A stretch of DNA of 64,000 nt from Camelus ferus. Its lineage: Eukaryota. The translations under genes and the position numbers were made by a program. Below, one piece after another: positions 59,628 through 64,000 of this stretch (within the stretch, counting starts at the first letter, position 1; each line of letters begins with the position of its first letter). The stretch is taken from positions 57,228,001-57,292,000 of the forward strand of contig NC_045696.1 in the NCBI RefSeq assembly GCF_009834535.1, given 5' to 3'. The notes under the pieces are model-generated. The model ran no database searches and had not been told where the DNA came from. It worked only from the letters and a program-made list of their open reading frames with translations.

Positions 59628-59774
59628 ACCCTTTTGGGTTTTGGCATTATAGAGGGGATTTGAGGAGGGTAGTAATTAGGTTTATTTATTCATTCTAATG
59701 GAGGTCCAGGGGATTGAACCCAGGACCTCGTCCATGCTAAGCACAGACTCTACCACTGAGCTATACCTTCCCCC
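59628..59774 (-). mobile_element. Vic-1-like SINE
   Basis: Reverse A/B boxes; TSD caggggat. Confidence 0.9.
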
Positions 59775-60151
59775 TATACAGGGGATTTTAGAGCTTATCT
59801 CCCATTCTGCTAGGAACCCCAGATTCCCATTCCCCAGAACATATAATCCATTAAAATCCACACTCTAGACCACCAGAGATCAGCATACATCACTATGGAA
59901 AACTTTGGTTCTAATGCTTCACTTACTCCTTTACTTAATCCTTTGATTATTTGACGTTTCTGTCTAACAATAAATTCTCTGATTTTACCAGTTTATCATA
60001 AATTTTAAAAGATGTATTTTTTATATAACATCCAGAATTTTAAGGAAAATGTACTGTGCTAGAAGTGGTTTTTTGTTTGGCCTAATATTGCTGAACACAG
60101 AAGTAAAGGAAACTCAACAACAATTAATGTACATTCAAAGATGTCACCTGA

Positions 60152-60323
60152 AACAGTTAGGTTCTACTGTATAGCACAAGGAACTATATTCATTACCTTG
60201 TAATAGCCTATAATGAAAAAGAATGTGAAAAGAAATATATATTTATGTATAACTGAATCACTATGCTGTATACCAGAAATTAACACATTGTAAACTGACT
60301 ATACTTTAATAAAAAAGAAAAAA
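60152..60323 (+). mobile_element. L1 3' fragment
   Basis: L1 tail plus poly-A; TSD aaagatgtca(c/t)ctga. Confidence 0.9.
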
Positions 60324-60479
60324 AAAGATGTCATCTGATTATTTTAGTAAGTTTGCACAAATAATGAAGAGCAGTTTATCCCTTGAAATTGCAGAAGTTA
60401 TAAGAAAAAATGAAATTTACACAAACCAAATTTGTGAACTGCCAAAAACAATCTACTGAGACTGAATAAATTTTGTGCT

Positions 60480-60760
60480 TCTCAGGGGTGGAATGTATAT
60501 TATGATAATTATAATTAACACTGCTCTATGTTATATATGAAAATTTTTAAAAGAGTAAATCCTTAGAGTCCTCATGACAAGAAAAAAATTTTTTTCTATT
60601 CCTCTAATTTTGTATTTATTTGAGATAATGGATGTTTACTGAACTTACTATGATAATTATTTCATGATAGATGTAAGTCAAATCATTATGCTGTACACTT
60701 GAAACATATAGTGCTGTATGTCAATTATATCTCAATAAAACTGGAAGAAAAAAGCAATAA
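60480..60760 (+). mobile_element. Older L1 3' UTR fragment
   Basis: ctgtatgtcaattatatctcaataaaactggaa end. Confidence 0.75.
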
Positions 60761-62639
60761 ACAAAAAAATGTGTACTTTTCACATGAGTGGAAGTGATTT
60801 GCAAAAAAAGAAACAGCTGGAAAATGTACTCGATCAGCAGTGTGGGATACAAGTGGTGCTGACTGAGTCTAATGTGCTCAGAATAAAGGAGCTGCCAATT
60901 AAGAGGATTTTGTGTTCGAAGTTCAGTGGTTCTCAACTGTTTAGTCTAGTGGCTTCACATAAGAATCCCCTGGGGAACTCTAAAAATATTATCCTACTCC
61001 TAGAGATGCTGACGAAATTGGTGTGTATAGATTCTAGGCACTGGTATCTCTTAAAAGCTCCCTAGGTGTTCCTACAATGCTGCTGGAATTGAGAACAACG
61101 GGTGTAATCCAAGGAAGGTGGACTTGAATTCAGGTGGCTTCAGTGAGAAAGTTTTAATAAGAGGCTGAAATTAACAAGGAAATCTGAAAAAGACTTATTT
61201 CTCCGCATTGACCCAAAGAATTAGTAGAAATAGCTTACACGGATGGGAATGGAAGCAAAATCAAAATACCTACAGAGGTCTAGGTTAAAACATCAGAAAG
61301 CCAATGTAAAGGTGGTAAAACTAAACAGTGAATGCCTGAACGAGACTAAGTTAATTGAGTATGTAAAAACACAAACCTGTAACTTCCAAATTCCAAAGTA
61401 GGTTGTTCTCCCACTTCTCACATGGCAATACCTGCTGACTGCCTGTGTAATAAACACCAAGCAAGGAAGGAAGACAGATAAGCACTAAGCCTGGGAATCT
61501 TATGTATCTATTTTACAGTAGAAATAGGCTTTGATTAGATGGGGAAAGGAGTGAGTACTTTGCCAGGGAAAAGTTACCAAAAGGAGCTCTGGGGCAACAA
61601 TCTCCTGCTTGGTTTGGGGTGGGGGTCAGAGCACATCTAAGCAAGCACTCCGGGGCTGCCACTGGGGTCTTTGAGTGCATGGTTTTTAGAGCAGCTCTTA
61701 GGGATTCTGAGGATTTCTCTAGATGTTACTTTTTTTTCTTTGATCCCATCAATTCTACCCCTCTTCTTATTTAAACAAAATCTTCCCCAAATCAGCAGCA
61801 ACAAACAGGAAAAATGTGTGGAGGATTTGCTTATAGCCAGCTGCTATGATGTAGGGTTGAGGACGCAGGTCTAGTCAAGGGTGAATTTGTGCTCCTGTCT
61901 TCTTTTTGCATTTTCTCATTGTCTCTTTCCCTAATTCTCTCTCCTCATTTTCACTTTAATTGCTTTTCTCCCCTTCCCTTTCTGTTTAGGTTTAATCACT
62001 ATTATGATAGCACGCATAATATAATGAAAATTTTATTTTTAATACACTCAGAATCCTACATGGAAAGAATTCTTTTATTGTAGGGGGAACTTTACTCTTA
62101 CCTGTAGTTCTCATGTTAATAAAATGGCATTAAAGTGACTCATTGGTGTCCTTAAGTGTAATTTTTATTATATATTAGACAATCTTTTGCATACGAATTG
62201 GTAAATAAATGCATATCAGGATTCTACCTCATTTCTTACTAAAATGGGACCAATTTAAAGGATCACATCTTCACTGCCCCTTTCTTTGGTGGCATGCAAA
62301 TCCTGGGTTATGTCAGTGACAACCCTGACGGCAAGGACTTACAGAGTCTCCTCTCTTGTATCATTTCACGTGCAAGGGCAAAGCAAGAGTGTTTCTCTTG
62401 GTTCAATAGTGTCGTGAGTATCTCATTATCTTCCAGACTCAGAACATGTAGGAAAATTTCTAGAGGGTGTGACTTGGATTGGACCAGTTTCTAAGGCAAG
62501 AAGACATATAGCTGAAGTGTAGGTATTTTAGTTATTCAGGCTGCTGTAACAAAATACCATAGACTTGGTGACTTATAAACAACAAAATATTTTCTCATAG
62601 TTCTGGAGACTGGAAGCCTGAAATGAGGATGTCAGCATG

Positions 62640-64000
62640 TTTTATGTTTGTTTTTCAGTTTTCTTTTACTTGCCTTCCTACGGATTGCTAGAATATTTTT
62701 CAGAATTCTGTTTTAACTTACCTACAATTTTTGAGCACATCTCTTTGCATAGCTTTTTAAACTGATTTCTCCCAGTAATCACTTTATATATGTATATAAA
62801 TATATGTATTTATATATATAATCAAAGTCAATGGATCTTGACATTTTGAGTGAATTGTAGACTTGCTTTATATCCATTTACTCTCCCCCATTTATAGCTG
62901 TGTTATTGTGTTCAATATTTTCTCTGTATTCATTGAGAACTACACTGAAGTGTATTATAATTTTTGCTTTAACCATCAAACAATTTAGAAAACTCAGGAA
63001 GAGAAAGAAAATGTATTGTATTTACCCATATTTTTATCTTTCTGTGTTCCTTCTTCCTTCTTGTTGTTCCATGGATCCTTCTTTTATTATTTCCTTTCTG
63101 GAAATAGAGAGCTTCCTTTAGCCATTCTTTTAAGGTAGGTCTTTTGGTGACAAATTCTCTTAGTTTTCTTTCATCTGAGAGTGTCATAGATTCCGCTTCA
63201 GATCTGAAAATATTTTCAATAGATACAAAATTCTGGGTTAACTTTTAGCACTTGAAAAATGCTTTGTTACCTTCCTCTACTTTCCTCCTGGTGTCTGATG
63301 AGAAATACACTGTCATTTGGATTGCTTTTTTCCCAATCGGTACCGTGTCATTTCTCGCTGAATGCTATTAAGACTTTGTCTTTAGTTTTCAAAAGACTAT
63401 CATGTGTCTTGATAAGAATTTCTCTAGTTTTAACACATTTGAGGTTTGCTCAGCTTTTTCAATCTGTACGTTGATGATTTTTTTGGCCAAATTTTGGAAA
63501 TTTTTAGTCATTTAAAAAAAACATTTTTCAGCCTTCTCTCTTACTCTCTGCCTCTGGGACTCCAATGACACAAATGTTAGATATTTTTTTGGCCATATGT
63601 CCCTAAGTTTCTGTTCATTTTTTCCCAAGCGTTTTTCCCTTTGTTGTTGAGATTGGGTAGTTTCTACAGTTCAAGTTCACAGATTCTTCCTTCTGTCCTC
63701 TCCATTTTGCTATTGATCCTATCCACTGAGTTCTTTTCTTTTGGTCATCATATTTTTTAGTTCTAAAATTTTTATTTGATTCTTCTTTATATCTTTATTT
63801 CTTTTCTTGAGGCTTCCTATTTCTTTACTGAGCTTTATATTTTTTGTAATTACTTGTTGAAAACATTTTACGGTGGTTGCTTTAAAATTCTTGTCAGACA
63901 ATTTGATATGTGTGTCATCGCTTCCTTGGCATTTGTTAATGGTCTCACTTAGTATGAGATCTCCCTGGTTCTTGGTGTGACAAATGGTTTTCACTGGAAA
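62640..64000 (-). mobile_element. Old L1 ORF1 region
   Basis: ORF track KLREFVTKRPTLKEWLKEAL and KKNQIKILELKN are L1 ORF1-like. Confidence 0.75.

Overview
Mammalian genomic DNA, probably a camelid (inferred from five copies of a Vic-1-like tRNA-derived SINE and the young L1 3' ends; not verified by search). It holds the 5' two-thirds of POLQ (DNA polymerase theta) on the minus strand. The CpG-island promoter lies at about 57.0-57.5 kb. Coding exons 1-19 (57286 down to 788) all have GT-AG boundaries and consistent phases, giving 6232 coding nt (about 2077 codons). They encode the SF2 helicase domain, the long central domain and the start of the polymerase domain; the remaining exons lie beyond the left edge. 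Introns are full of transposable elements: L1s, solo LTRs with target-site duplications (TSDs), SINEs, an ATP5MC1 processed pseudogene, and a decayed ERV1-class provirus (gag, integrase tail, env, PPT, 3' LTR) carrying several nested insertions in intron 15. I see no clearly new biological system. The best leads are a 23-codon uORF in the POLQ leader, the nested provirus, a composite LTR with a single TSD, and a weak exon 18 splice donor. Comparisons to human sequence and repeat family names are from memory, not from alignment.
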